64,000 nucleotides of DNA. Origin: Cloacimonetes bacterium UBA6097. Lineage in GTDB: Bacteria > Cloacimonadota > Cloacimonadia > Cloacimonadales > Cloacimonadaceae. The position numbers were made by a program, and so were the translations under genes. The stretch's first letter is position 1. Each line of letters begins with the position of its first letter. The stretch lies in the NCBI GenBank assembly GCA_002435865.1, contig DIWV01000002.1, positions 127,370 through 191,369 on the forward strand, written 5' to 3'. Below the pieces are notes generated by a model. The model searched no databases. It saw only the letters and a list, made by a program, of their open reading frames with translations, and had not been told where the DNA came from. Positions 45,784-54,023 of the stretch are shown one piece after another.

Positions 45784-47757
45784 CTATTTCTTAAAATATC
45801 CCCTTACAATTCGAACGCCGATACTTGTATACTTGCCTGTAGCATTTTCTTTTCCTCTGCCGGCAACGCGCTCATAGTTTCTGCTGTCAGCCCAGGAACC
45901 ACCTCTCAATACTCTGTATGAACCGTTTTCTGCACCTTTGGGATTTGCCTGTGGTTCACTGCTATAAGCATCATACCAGTCCCAGCACCATTCCCAAACA
46001 TTACCGCTCATATCATACAATCCAAGTTCATTGGGTTTCTTTTGTCCTACATTTTGTGTTTTATATCCTGAATTGTCTTTATGCCAGGCAACATCATACT
46101 CGTTATCACTACCCGAAAAATTATAAAAATTGCTGTTTAAGCCACCCTTGGCAGCGAATTCCCATTCCGCTTCAGTAGGCAGCCTGTATCCATCAGCTTC
46201 CCAATTGCAGGTTACTGTCCACTTCATACTATCGTTTTTGTTAACATTGTTAGGATCTGGATTATTTTTATCAATTGTATAACAGGGTGTGAATCCTGCC
46301 AATAAACTTAGGTTATTGCAGAATTCGATGCATTCATACCAGCTTATATGTTCCACCGGTAAATCAAATCCGTGGAAATTGGAAGGATTGCTTTCTGTAG
46401 CAAGGTTCCAGATTTTTTGAGTTACTTGTATTTTACTGATTAAAAATGAGTTCAGTTCAACTTCATGAATAGGTTTTTCGTCGCTTCTGCCCACACTGTT
46501 AGTATCTCCCATACTGAATTTACTGCCCTCAACAAGGACCATATCGTATTCTGCCAATACCTTGCCTGTGAAGAACATAAATATATCCCGGAAGATATCG
46601 ATTTCATACTTGTTTTTCTTCTTTTTCTCAACTAACCGGTTCTTTGTGATAAATTTAGTTTCTTCTTTCCGTAACCAATTCCCGGGTTTTACAACAACTC
46701 TTTCACGATAAGGTTCCATTACTTTAACCGTAACATCATGCTCAAACTTCAGCTTTTCTATAGCTTTGCTCATAAAGACAGGTTTGATTTTAAAGTTATT
46801 CCATTCTTTTTCAGCATTACTCAGCTCCAGCAAAGGTTTTTCTGTGGAGAATCTATCTACTATTTCCTGTAACTCGGAAGGTACCTTGTGAGCTTTCATT
46901 GCGTTCATATCATCGGAAATTCTTTTTGACAGGTTAGCAAATTTTTCGCTTTTAATACTTGATAAGCAATCTCTCAATTCACTTTCATAAACCTGGAAGT
47001 CACCATCACCGGCTGCTTTCAAAGCATAAAAACCATGTTTGTTGATTACATTGTTTAATAAATGTATTGCAGGTTCAATTTGTTTTGCTGCCATATTATA
47101 CTTCGCCAGCATAAAATATGCTTCAGTCAGATTTTGATTCATTTCAACAGCTTTACCTGCGAATGATATAGCTTCGTCAAACTTCCCCTGACAATAATTC
47201 GCCCAGCTTATGCACAAGTATGCTAAAGCTGTGTCGGAAGGGAAATCTGTATGTGCAAAAGCAACCACATGTTTAAATGATTCCTCAGCTTTTTTCAGAT
47301 CGACAGCTTTGAGATTACAATCATAAAATCCCAATCTGATAATTCCCTGTAGTTGGTAAAAGCGCCATTCAGACTTAAATCCCGAAGAAGTCTGGTTTCC
47401 ATAAACTGCTTTCTCAATTTCTTCCAAAGCCGTCGTATCGTCTTCTCTAGAAAATGCTTCGCGTGCTTTATCAAAGTGGTTGAAAGCTAAAGTTTGTTCA
47501 GGTGAATCAGTAGAGTGAACTAACAAACTTAGCTTCTCATTCATATGCCCCATTCTGGCTATTCTGTTTGTTAGACCCCAATGAAAGGTATGGTGCATTT
47601 CCGGGTATGCTTCTAATGATTCCTGGGGAATATAAGATAAGGCGACCTTATCAGATGCTTCAGTTAATGAATGCTCAAGGATATTTAATCCATTTTGTTC
47701 GAGGGTGTTTTGGTCTGCTATCAGTTCAAGTGTTTGTTTTGAAACTTCAATTAACAT
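45784..47757 (-). CDS. Cytoplasmic TPR-like / FGE-sulfatase (SUMF1-like) domain protein
   Basis: 657 aa with no signal peptide. The helical N-half looks TPR-like. The C-terminal 250 aa carry PVEHISWYECIEFCN, DGYRLPTEAEWEFAAKGG, YDMSGNVWEWCWDWY and RVLRGGSW. Confidence 0.8.
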   Translation of the reverse strand: MLIEVSKQTLELIADQNTLEQNGLNILEHSLTEASDKVALSYIPQESLEAYPEMHHTFHWGLTNRIARMGHMNEKLSLLVHSTDSPEQTLAFNHFDKAREAFSREDDTTALEEIEKAVYGNQTSSGFKSEWRFYQLQGIIRLGFYDCNLKAVDLKKAEESFKHVVAFAHTDFPSDTALAYLCISWANYCQGKFDEAISFAGKAVEMNQNLTEAYFMLAKYNMAAKQIEPAIHLLNNVINKHGFYALKAAGDGDFQVYESELRDCLSSIKSEKFANLSKRISDDMNAMKAHKVPSELQEIVDRFSTEKPLLELSNAEKEWNNFKIKPVFMSKAIEKLKFEHDVTVKVMEPYRERVVVKPGNWLRKEETKFITKNRLVEKKKKNKYEIDIFRDIFMFFTGKVLAEYDMVLVEGSKFSMGDTNSVGRSDEKPIHEVELNSFLISKIQVTQKIWNLATESNPSNFHGFDLPVEHISWYECIEFCNNLSLLAGFTPCYTIDKNNPDPNNVNKNDSMKWTVTCNWEADGYRLPTEAEWEFAAKGGLNSNFYNFSGSDNEYDVAWHKDNSGYKTQNVGQKKPNELGLYDMSGNVWEWCWDWYDAYSSEPQANPKGAENGSYRVLRGGSWADSRNYERVAGRGKENATGKYTSIGVRIVRGYFKK

Positions 47758-47917
47758 CTGCGGATTGGCTTTATTATCAGTTTTGATATACTTCTTATCT
47801 TTCAGGTAATCAAGATAAGAATATCCTGAGTCATATACATAATAAGACGTAAGACAACTCCTTATAAATAATGTGTTTAACTAAAAGCCTGTTAAGTATA
47901 AAATACTAGAAAGGCTA

Positions 47918-48379
47918 TTAAAACCTATACTCCATCCGGAGTAATTTATCTTCAAATTTTATTTTAATTCTATTCTTTTCAGCGTTATAATTGTACAAAT
48001 GAGCATCTACAAAAGCATCTGCTACTGAAAGCACTAATACTGTCCCTATCCACCAGTAGTCACTTCTCAAGTCATCTTTATAGCTGTCTCTTTTAACTTT
48101 GTAAAAAAGAAAATCTGCCTGACTTGAATTATCCATTAAATCCTGATATTTATTCACTTTGTCATTATCATTAACGGCATTAGCTATTAAAAAAGCCTGC
48201 AATCCAATAACAGCAGCAGCCTTGATGTATGCGTGATTGTATATTTGTCCCCCGCCTGGAAGTACAGCAGAATATAGCATTGCCCTGATTGGACTTTTTG
48301 TGTATTCCAGGGCTTCAACTTTCGTGTTAAACAACAAAGCTCCGGTTATGAGTAAAATCAGTATCAGGACTTTATTCAT
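47918..48379 (-). CDS. DUF5683-like membrane protein
   Basis: 153 aa with a signal or TM segment. MLYSAVLPGGGQIYNHAYIKAAAVIGLQ matches the S..PG.GQ.YN motif of DUF5683. It overlaps the upstream gene by 4 nt. Confidence 0.6.
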   Translation of the reverse strand: MNKVLILILLITGALLFNTKVEALEYTKSPIRAMLYSAVLPGGGQIYNHAYIKAAAVIGLQAFLIANAVNDNDKVNKYQDLMDNSSQADFLFYKVKRDSYKDDLRSDYWWIGTVLVLSVADAFVDAHLYNYNAEKNRIKIKFEDKLLRMEYRF

Positions 48380-49317
48380 CCGCTTAACCTTTCCTTTAGG
48401 GATAAAAGAAACAAGGGAATTAAAATCTCGTGATGTCCGACAAAGTAATATCCTTTGCCGTTATTTAAAACAGGTCTTTGCACAATATTAACCATTGGCC
48501 TGTACTGCATATTCATATCAAATACTGCTGTTGTAAATCTCTTTAGTGGATTACCGAGATTCCTGACTACAGAGACAGCTTTAAGAAAGACTTCAGGAAT
48601 AATTACACTGGAACCAAAATTTATAAATACTCCACCATCATTAAGGTCAACCAGTTTTTGGCAGAAAATGCGGAAATCCCTTAAACTTGTATCGCCAATT
48701 GCTGCACCATCAGCAGATGGATGCTGGTGAATGATATCTGTTCCCAAAGCTACATGCACTGTGCAGGCAATCCCGGCTTCAAATGCCTTCGCCAAAAGTG
48801 AAAGTTCCTTGTGTGGTGCAGTTTCTGACAGTGCTTTGCCGATTGCTTCACCTAAACCTGATTGTTTTGCCTGAGCTTCTTTTATGATATAATTTATTCC
48901 GTCTGCTGTATCAGAAGCCATACCAAAAGAACCATCTTCCAGAGCAGTTGCCACATCTTCAGAAGTCTTGCCGAACATGGCAATCTCATAGTCATGAATA
49001 ATGACAGAGCCATTTACAGCTATGCCTTTTACTACTCCAAGCTCAATCATTTCGATAATCAGAGGAGACAATCCGCATTTGATGACATGTCCGCCTAAAC
49101 CGAGATAAACAGGTTTTCCTCTATTATGTGCATTAACACAGGCATTGATTAGTTCATTAAGTTCTTTGGCTTTGAGAATATCAGGTACAACAGCCCAGAA
49201 GTCAGCTAATCCTTTTTTACCTGATTTGGCAAACAGAGAGCTGTCGACATTACTCAGCCTGTCTTTGGTTTTATATGTTTTCAGATTGGTAAGATCAATT
49301 TCGCGAAACTTACTCAT
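48376..49317 (-). CDS. Conserved hypothetical, deoxyhypusine-synthase-like fold suspected
   Basis: 313 aa. ...LGLGGHVIKCGLSPLIIEMIELGVVKGIAVNGSVIIHDYEIAMFGKTSEDV...FGMASDTADG...VHVALGTDIIHQHP. The assignment is a weak by-eye resemblance only. Confidence 0.5.
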   Translation of the reverse strand: MSKFREIDLTNLKTYKTKDRLSNVDSSLFAKSGKKGLADFWAVVPDILKAKELNELINACVNAHNRGKPVYLGLGGHVIKCGLSPLIIEMIELGVVKGIAVNGSVIIHDYEIAMFGKTSEDVATALEDGSFGMASDTADGINYIIKEAQAKQSGLGEAIGKALSETAPHKELSLLAKAFEAGIACTVHVALGTDIIHQHPSADGAAIGDTSLRDFRIFCQKLVDLNDGGVFINFGSSVIIPEVFLKAVSVVRNLGNPLKRFTTAVFDMNMQYRPMVNIVQRPVLNNGKGYYFVGHHEILIPLFLLSLKERLSG

Positions 49318-49327
49318 AACTTCGTGT

Positions 49328-49882
49328 TTATTTTATTACTTTACCCGGTTTCCAATAGCGTTCTTTTTCACTGAAGATGCATCCGCAATAAGACTGACGG
49401 TACATACCGGCAGCTTTTGACATATCTATTCCTGACTGCCAAAGCTCACGCCAGTCCTGATAGTAAAAATCCACACCGAACTGTCCGGCAAGCCTCTCTC
49501 CGATTGCTTTTACTGCCTCATGTTTCTGATATTTACTATACAGCAGGGTCGTGGTAAAAGCATCGAATTCTTTACCCATTGCTATCTGGGCAGTTCTGAC
49601 AAGTCTTAATTCATAACAGCTATGACAGCGCACAACGTCTTTTTTATCCGTTGCTTTCAAATACATATCAAGGTCATACTCATCCTGCCAGATTACAGGA
49701 ATTTTTTCTTTCTCAGCAAAGTCTTTCAGGGTATCCCTGCGTTTAAGATATTCCGTATAGGGATGGATGTTGGGATTGTACCACAACAGTGTAACATCCC
49801 ATTCTCTGCGCAGCTCCTGTAAAGGTGCTATCAAACAGGGGGCACAACAGGTGTGCACCAGAATTTTCTTTTTATCTGACAT
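49328..49882 (-). CDS. queH: Epoxyqueuosine reductase QueH (DUF208)
   Basis: MSDKKKILVHTCCAPC...WYNPNIHPYTEYLKR...VRCHSCYELRL...FTTTLLYSKYQKH...YRQSYCGCIFSEKE. The probable start is M14 of the track ORF (49882), which overlaps the upstream gene by 11 nt. Confidence 0.85.
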   Translation of the reverse strand: MSDKKKILVHTCCAPCLIAPLQELRREWDVTLLWYNPNIHPYTEYLKRRDTLKDFAEKEKIPVIWQDEYDLDMYLKATDKKDVVRCHSCYELRLVRTAQIAMGKEFDAFTTTLLYSKYQKHEAVKAIGERLAGQFGVDFYYQDWRELWQSGIDMSKAAGMYRQSYCGCIFSEKERYWKPGKVIK

Positions 49883-50207
49883 GATGCTGCATCTCCTTTG
49901 GCAGTTCAATTGACATTTCAACTACACCGGCAACTTCTCCGTTTTTGAACCAGGGCTGCTGATATATCAGTTTACATAGACCTTTTTTATCAATCGTGTA
50001 GGTATTTGGATTTCCTGTTGCCATCATTTGCAGGATTTTCTGCCATGATTCAGGCTTATGGCAGTCCTTAAGGCTATGCCCTATAAGGTCTTTCCCACCT
50101 TCATCAGCAAATGTTAAACAGGCTTTATCATTCATCTCAATAACAATTCCCTGCCGGTCACATACTGTGATAGCTGCAGGAAATTCCTTTATCCATTCAA
50201 AATTCAT
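49872..50207 (-). CDS. Small PAS-domain protein
   Basis: 111 aa. ...FPAAITVCDRQGIVIEMNDKACLTFA...GKDLIGHSLKDCH..., a PAS-like pattern. It is translationally coupled to queH. Confidence 0.55.
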   Translation of the reverse strand: MNFEWIKEFPAAITVCDRQGIVIEMNDKACLTFADEGGKDLIGHSLKDCHKPESWQKILQMMATGNPNTYTIDKKGLCKLIYQQPWFKNGEVAGVVEMSIELPKEMQHHVR

Positions 50208-50316
50208 ATTATCCTATTTTTTTTAAACTCATCATAGGGCGCAGCCCTATACAATATCGGGTGGTGGGTGGGAGTTGATAAAACTCTTTATTCAAACTTC
50301 TCTATTTCCCAAGTGG

Positions 50317-51462
50317 TTAATACTCTTTTAATATTGCATTCGCCACGATTCCACGCTGGATTTGGTTTGTGCCTTCATAAATCTGCAGAATCTTGGCATC
50401 GCGCATCATCTTTTCAACCGGATATTCTTTCATGTAACCATAACCACCGCAAATCTGAACTGCATCTGTTGTAACCTGCATTGCCACATCAGAAGCAAAA
50501 TACTTGCACATAGCGCTTTCCTTGGCGTAATTGCGTGCACCGGAATCTATCATCAGGGCAGTATTTCTCACCAATGCCCTGGCAGCTTCAATTTGTGTTC
50601 CCATGTCCGCCAGCATAAACTGTACGCCCTGGAAGGAAGATATCGGCTTGCCGAATTGTATTCGCTGGTTAGCATATTTGGCTGCATACTCAAAAGCACC
50701 TCTGGCTACACCAACAGCCTGAGCACCTACCATTGGACGAGATTTATCAAATACTTTCATTGCTGTGATAAATCCTGTCCCTTCCCTGCCTATCAGATTT
50801 TCTGCAGGGATTACACAATCTTCAAAGACAAGCTCACGAGTCGAGTTTGCCCTGATACCCATCTTGTTTTCTTTCTTACCAAAGCTGAATCCCGGCGTAT
50901 CTTTTTCCACTATAAAGCAGGAACATCCGCGAGGTCCTTTGGATTTATCTGTCATGGCAAAAATTGTATAAATCTCAGCTTCTCCGCCATTGGAAATCCA
51001 TTGTTTGGTTCCATTCAGGATATATTTATCACCGTCTTTGCGGGCTGTTGTTTCAATTCCGCCTGCATCACTGCCGGCATTAGCTTCTGTTAAACCAAAA
51101 GCAGCAAGCCTTTCTCCTGTAGCAATCTGACCCAGGTATTTTTTCTTCTGCTCTTCACTACCTGCAATGGAAATAGGATACATTCCCAATCCTGTTACAC
51201 CAAAAGCCAGCGAAATACCCATATCAACAGCACAAAGCTCTTCTGTTACTATAGCAAGGTCAACAACCTTACCGCTGATTCCGCCGTACTCCTCCGGGAT
51301 TAAAACAGCAAATAAATCGCTTTGGCGCATAACTTCCACGATATCCCAGGGGAAGGTGCCTTCTTCATCGTATTTTTCACTCAGGGGTGCCATCTTTTCA
51401 ACGGCAATCCTTCGGGCAATGTCTCTCATTTCTTTTTGTTCATCAGTCAGGAAATATTCCAT
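50317..51462 (-). CDS. Acyl-CoA dehydrogenase (short/butyryl-CoA dehydrogenase-like)
   Basis: 381 aa. ...FGLTEANAGSDAGGIETTA...KQWISNGGEA...QIYEGTNQIQR..., the full ACAD architecture. Confidence 0.92.
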   Translation of the reverse strand: MEYFLTDEQKEMRDIARRIAVEKMAPLSEKYDEEGTFPWDIVEVMRQSDLFAVLIPEEYGGISGKVVDLAIVTEELCAVDMGISLAFGVTGLGMYPISIAGSEEQKKKYLGQIATGERLAAFGLTEANAGSDAGGIETTARKDGDKYILNGTKQWISNGGEAEIYTIFAMTDKSKGPRGCSCFIVEKDTPGFSFGKKENKMGIRANSTRELVFEDCVIPAENLIGREGTGFITAMKVFDKSRPMVGAQAVGVARGAFEYAAKYANQRIQFGKPISSFQGVQFMLADMGTQIEAARALVRNTALMIDSGARNYAKESAMCKYFASDVAMQVTTDAVQICGGYGYMKEYPVEKMMRDAKILQIYEGTNQIQRGIVANAILKEY

Positions 51463-51714
51463 AAGGCAAACTCCTTAAATTATTCTTATTCAGTTTTATC
51501 CAGTTTAAATCAGAATCTATGCATATTTGATTTCTGTCAATTAAAATGTCTATCCTCTTGTTATACTTATTAGTAAATGTTTTAACTTTAACTGACTCTT
51601 TGCGATTGATACATTTGATGATAGATTTAGAATACATTGAACAGCAGAGTATTAAATAATATCAAGCTTACACACCTCTCAGTATTTTACTAAACCAGGC
51701 AGGCAGGACACATT

Positions 51715-51876
51715 GAGATCAGACATGCGAGACGCATATCACTACGATTGTATGTCGCTACGGGTGTATGTTGTAGGTACAGGCGTCCCCGCCTGTATAA
51801 AATCAGACATGTGGACACCTCAAAATCAGACATGTGGGACGCCTTGAAATTTGACATGCGGGACGCATGTCACTAC
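51715..51876. repeat. Four copies of a 23-31-nt CAGACATG(C/T)G(G/A)GAC(G/A)C unit plus a TACAGGCGTCCCCGCCTGTA hairpin
   Basis: The copies are GAGATCAGACATGCGAGACGCATATCACTAC, AAAATCAGACATGTGGACACCTC, AAAATCAGACATGTGGGACGCCT and GAAATTTGACATGCGGGACGCATGTCACTAC. The last is a perfect 9-bp-stem palindrome, TGACATGCG GGA CGCATGTCA. Confidence 0.75.
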
Positions 51877-51930
51877 TTACTTAGCGCTCATTTATCTCTT
51901 ATTCACTTCAATAAATCTAATATATATTCA

Positions 51931-52020
51931 CAGTATATTTACAGTATAGTTTCTGTATCTCAACATACAGAAAGTATACTGCAACTATACTGCAACTATA
52001 CAGAAACTATACTGCAACTA
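51931..52020. repeat. Composite palindromic repeat, family A, copy 3 (inverted relative to copies 1 and 2)
   Basis: CAGTATATTTACAGTATAGTTTCTGTATCTCAACATACAGAAAGTATACTGCAACTATACTGCAACTATACAGAAACTATACTGCAAC. Its reverse complement aligns with 9684-9784. It generates the spurious ORF 51748-52062. Confidence 0.85.
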
Positions 52021-52119
52021 CTGAGAATTAAGAAAGAAAAAAGCAAGGGAAAACTTAGGTGAAAGACAAAACAGAGAAAGGGGAAAAATGTGCGGTTGTT
52101 CCAGACAGAAAATATAACT

Positions 52120-52168
52120 CTGCAAAAAGAAAAGGGAACAAGGCTATAGAGTTTATCCTTGTTCCCTC
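52120..52168 (-). terminator. Rho-independent terminator after the 52245-52859 gene
   Basis: On the minus strand: GGGAACAAGG / 13-nt loop / CCTTGTTCCC followed by TTTTCTTTTTG. Confidence 0.6.
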
Positions 52169-52244
52169 TTATAGTAAATAATAACTTATTATGTGATTAT
52201 TTAAGTTTGCTTCATTCTAATTCAGCAGAACCATTACAAATTAA

Positions 52245-52859
52245 TCAGAACTTAAAGCCAAAGTTTGCACCGGGCTCGAATTTATAGTTTGGTTTTCCAT
52301 CTTCTATTTCATCAAAGGAATCCGGGAAATTGGAATTGACCGGCCAGTATTTGAGAGCAATTGCAGGTTCCACAAACCAGCGTTTGTTAAGGAATTCCAA
52401 GCGGTATCCAGTAATAAATTGCAGATATAATTGGAAACCGTCCTGGATTTGCTTATTATCTTCATCATAAAATTTCTGAAGAAAAGGCGTTGCAACAGCA
52501 GATGCGTACATATTATTCCAAAAGAACCGCTGATAACCAAGCCCCACACCAAAAGCCTTAACCTTGCCGGGATATAATTCATCGGAATTTCCATAGGTTC
52601 CCAAAGGTTCATTATATGCCCAGGAAGTAGCTTCGACTAACAGAATTTCTTTGTCAGTCAATTGATAGCCATAGTTCAACTGATAAAAATGAGGGGGATT
52701 TTCTGCATCCAGATTACCCAGCAGGAAAAGTGAGCTCCCTATGGAATGACGCCATGTTTGTACAACCTTATCGGACACAAAATCTGATTGAGCCAAATCC
52801 TGGCTATAGGCTAAAGTGACTGATAAGACGAATAGTACTGTTATTAAAACGCTTTTCAT
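52245..52859 (-). CDS. Putative outer-membrane beta-barrel protein
   Basis: 204 aa. Signal peptide MKSVLITVLFVLSVTLAYSQ, an alternating aromatic/hydrophilic pattern and a C-terminal ...GANFGFKF (terminal Phe). It is the last gene of the TonB-receptor operon. Confidence 0.6.
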   Translation of the reverse strand: MKSVLITVLFVLSVTLAYSQDLAQSDFVSDKVVQTWRHSIGSSLFLLGNLDAENPPHFYQLNYGYQLTDKEILLVEATSWAYNEPLGTYGNSDELYPGKVKAFGVGLGYQRFFWNNMYASAVATPFLQKFYDEDNKQIQDGFQLYLQFITGYRLEFLNKRWFVEPAIALKYWPVNSNFPDSFDEIEDGKPNYKFEPGANFGFKF

Positions 52860-52877
52860 TTCACTACATTCCTTTAC

Positions 52878-54011
52878 TTACTTCACGATTTTGGTATACA
52901 TTACGCCGCCGCTGGCAGACCCAAAGCAGCCCAGAGCGTTTTGAACACCGCCATGATAGTAGCCTTCCGGCATATATTTGTACCGGAAATAGTTATCGTC
53001 CATTATGTAGGCTGTTACCTGATACCTTCCGTAAAAGACAAATGCCTGGCGGTAATCGGTAAGAGATACATACCAGTTTCCGTCTGTATGCTGTTTGGAA
53101 ATGAACTTGGACATGATGTTTATCCTGCGGATAGTTTCTCCGGAAGCCTGGTAATAATTGGATTCCATATCTGCAGGCGGGTGTTCCTGCCCAAAGAAAA
53201 CGGTGGTGAATTCCAAATCAGTGGAAAACTCTTCCAGGCAGTAAAGCTCCACCATGTAATTAATGCTTTGATAGCCATCTACTTTAAGAGTTACAGGATA
53301 GTGAACATCAACCAGAGGATAAGATATTGAAGTAGTGCTGTCATCAGGATCTGTTGTATATCCCTGCCCTGCCGGTGGTGTGTAATTAAAATTTGGAATC
53401 AGTTCTGCTGCTTTGGGAACTGTGGTTTCCGCATAAATCAGCTTTTCGTAACCGGGTATTGTAACTTCAATCCTGTAGGTATATTCCGGCATAATTTCGT
53501 GGCTGTCTGCGTCTATATAGAATGTTACAACCCTGTCTGATTCAGGAATCGGGACTGACATTGCAGTCAGGTAAAAGCTCATAGTATCGCCGTTGACTGC
53601 TGTCTCAAGGATTTTGACTGTTGCATTGTCGACAAACAATTCAGCAGAATTGAGATTGTCCAATGATGTGCTTTTGCCTATCCAGACCGGATTTTCAAAT
53701 GAAATTGTAGTTCCTGCCTTCAGGATACCGTTCAAGGTATAATGCGACTTTGTAAAACGCTCCGGAGATACGAAGTCTGAACAGGCAGTGAAGAGCAGGC
53801 TGAAGAGCATAATTCCCATGAAAAGGAATAGATTCCAACCAAATCCGTAAGATTGATTTTCTGTCTTTTCAGGGTCACCGGATTGACTATTATCGGTTTC
53901 GTTCCGGGTCATACTGAGCATAGTCGAAGGATGAAGTCTGTTCTCTCTGTCTGCACTACTACCGGGCTCAGTTGGACAAACTGCAGGGATGGATTTATTG
54001 TTTTTTTTCAT
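52878..54011 (-). CDS. Lipoprotein, DUF4249-like by context (downstream partner of a CarboxypepD_reg TonB receptor)
   Basis: 377-aa ORF starting 12 nt after the receptor stop. A lipobox-like LFSLLFTAC appears only at residue about 76, after a hydrophilic extension. The true start may therefore be internal (M31, M34 or M65). Confidence 0.6.
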   Translation of the reverse strand: MKKNNKSIPAVCPTEPGSSADRENRLHPSTMLSMTRNETDNSQSGDPEKTENQSYGFGWNLFLFMGIMLFSLLFTACSDFVSPERFTKSHYTLNGILKAGTTISFENPVWIGKSTSLDNLNSAELFVDNATVKILETAVNGDTMSFYLTAMSVPIPESDRVVTFYIDADSHEIMPEYTYRIEVTIPGYEKLIYAETTVPKAAELIPNFNYTPPAGQGYTTDPDDSTTSISYPLVDVHYPVTLKVDGYQSINYMVELYCLEEFSTDLEFTTVFFGQEHPPADMESNYYQASGETIRRINIMSKFISKQHTDGNWYVSLTDYRQAFVFYGRYQVTAYIMDDNYFRYKYMPEGYYHGGVQNALGCFGSASGGVMYTKIVK

Positions 54012-54023
54012 TTTTACACTTCC

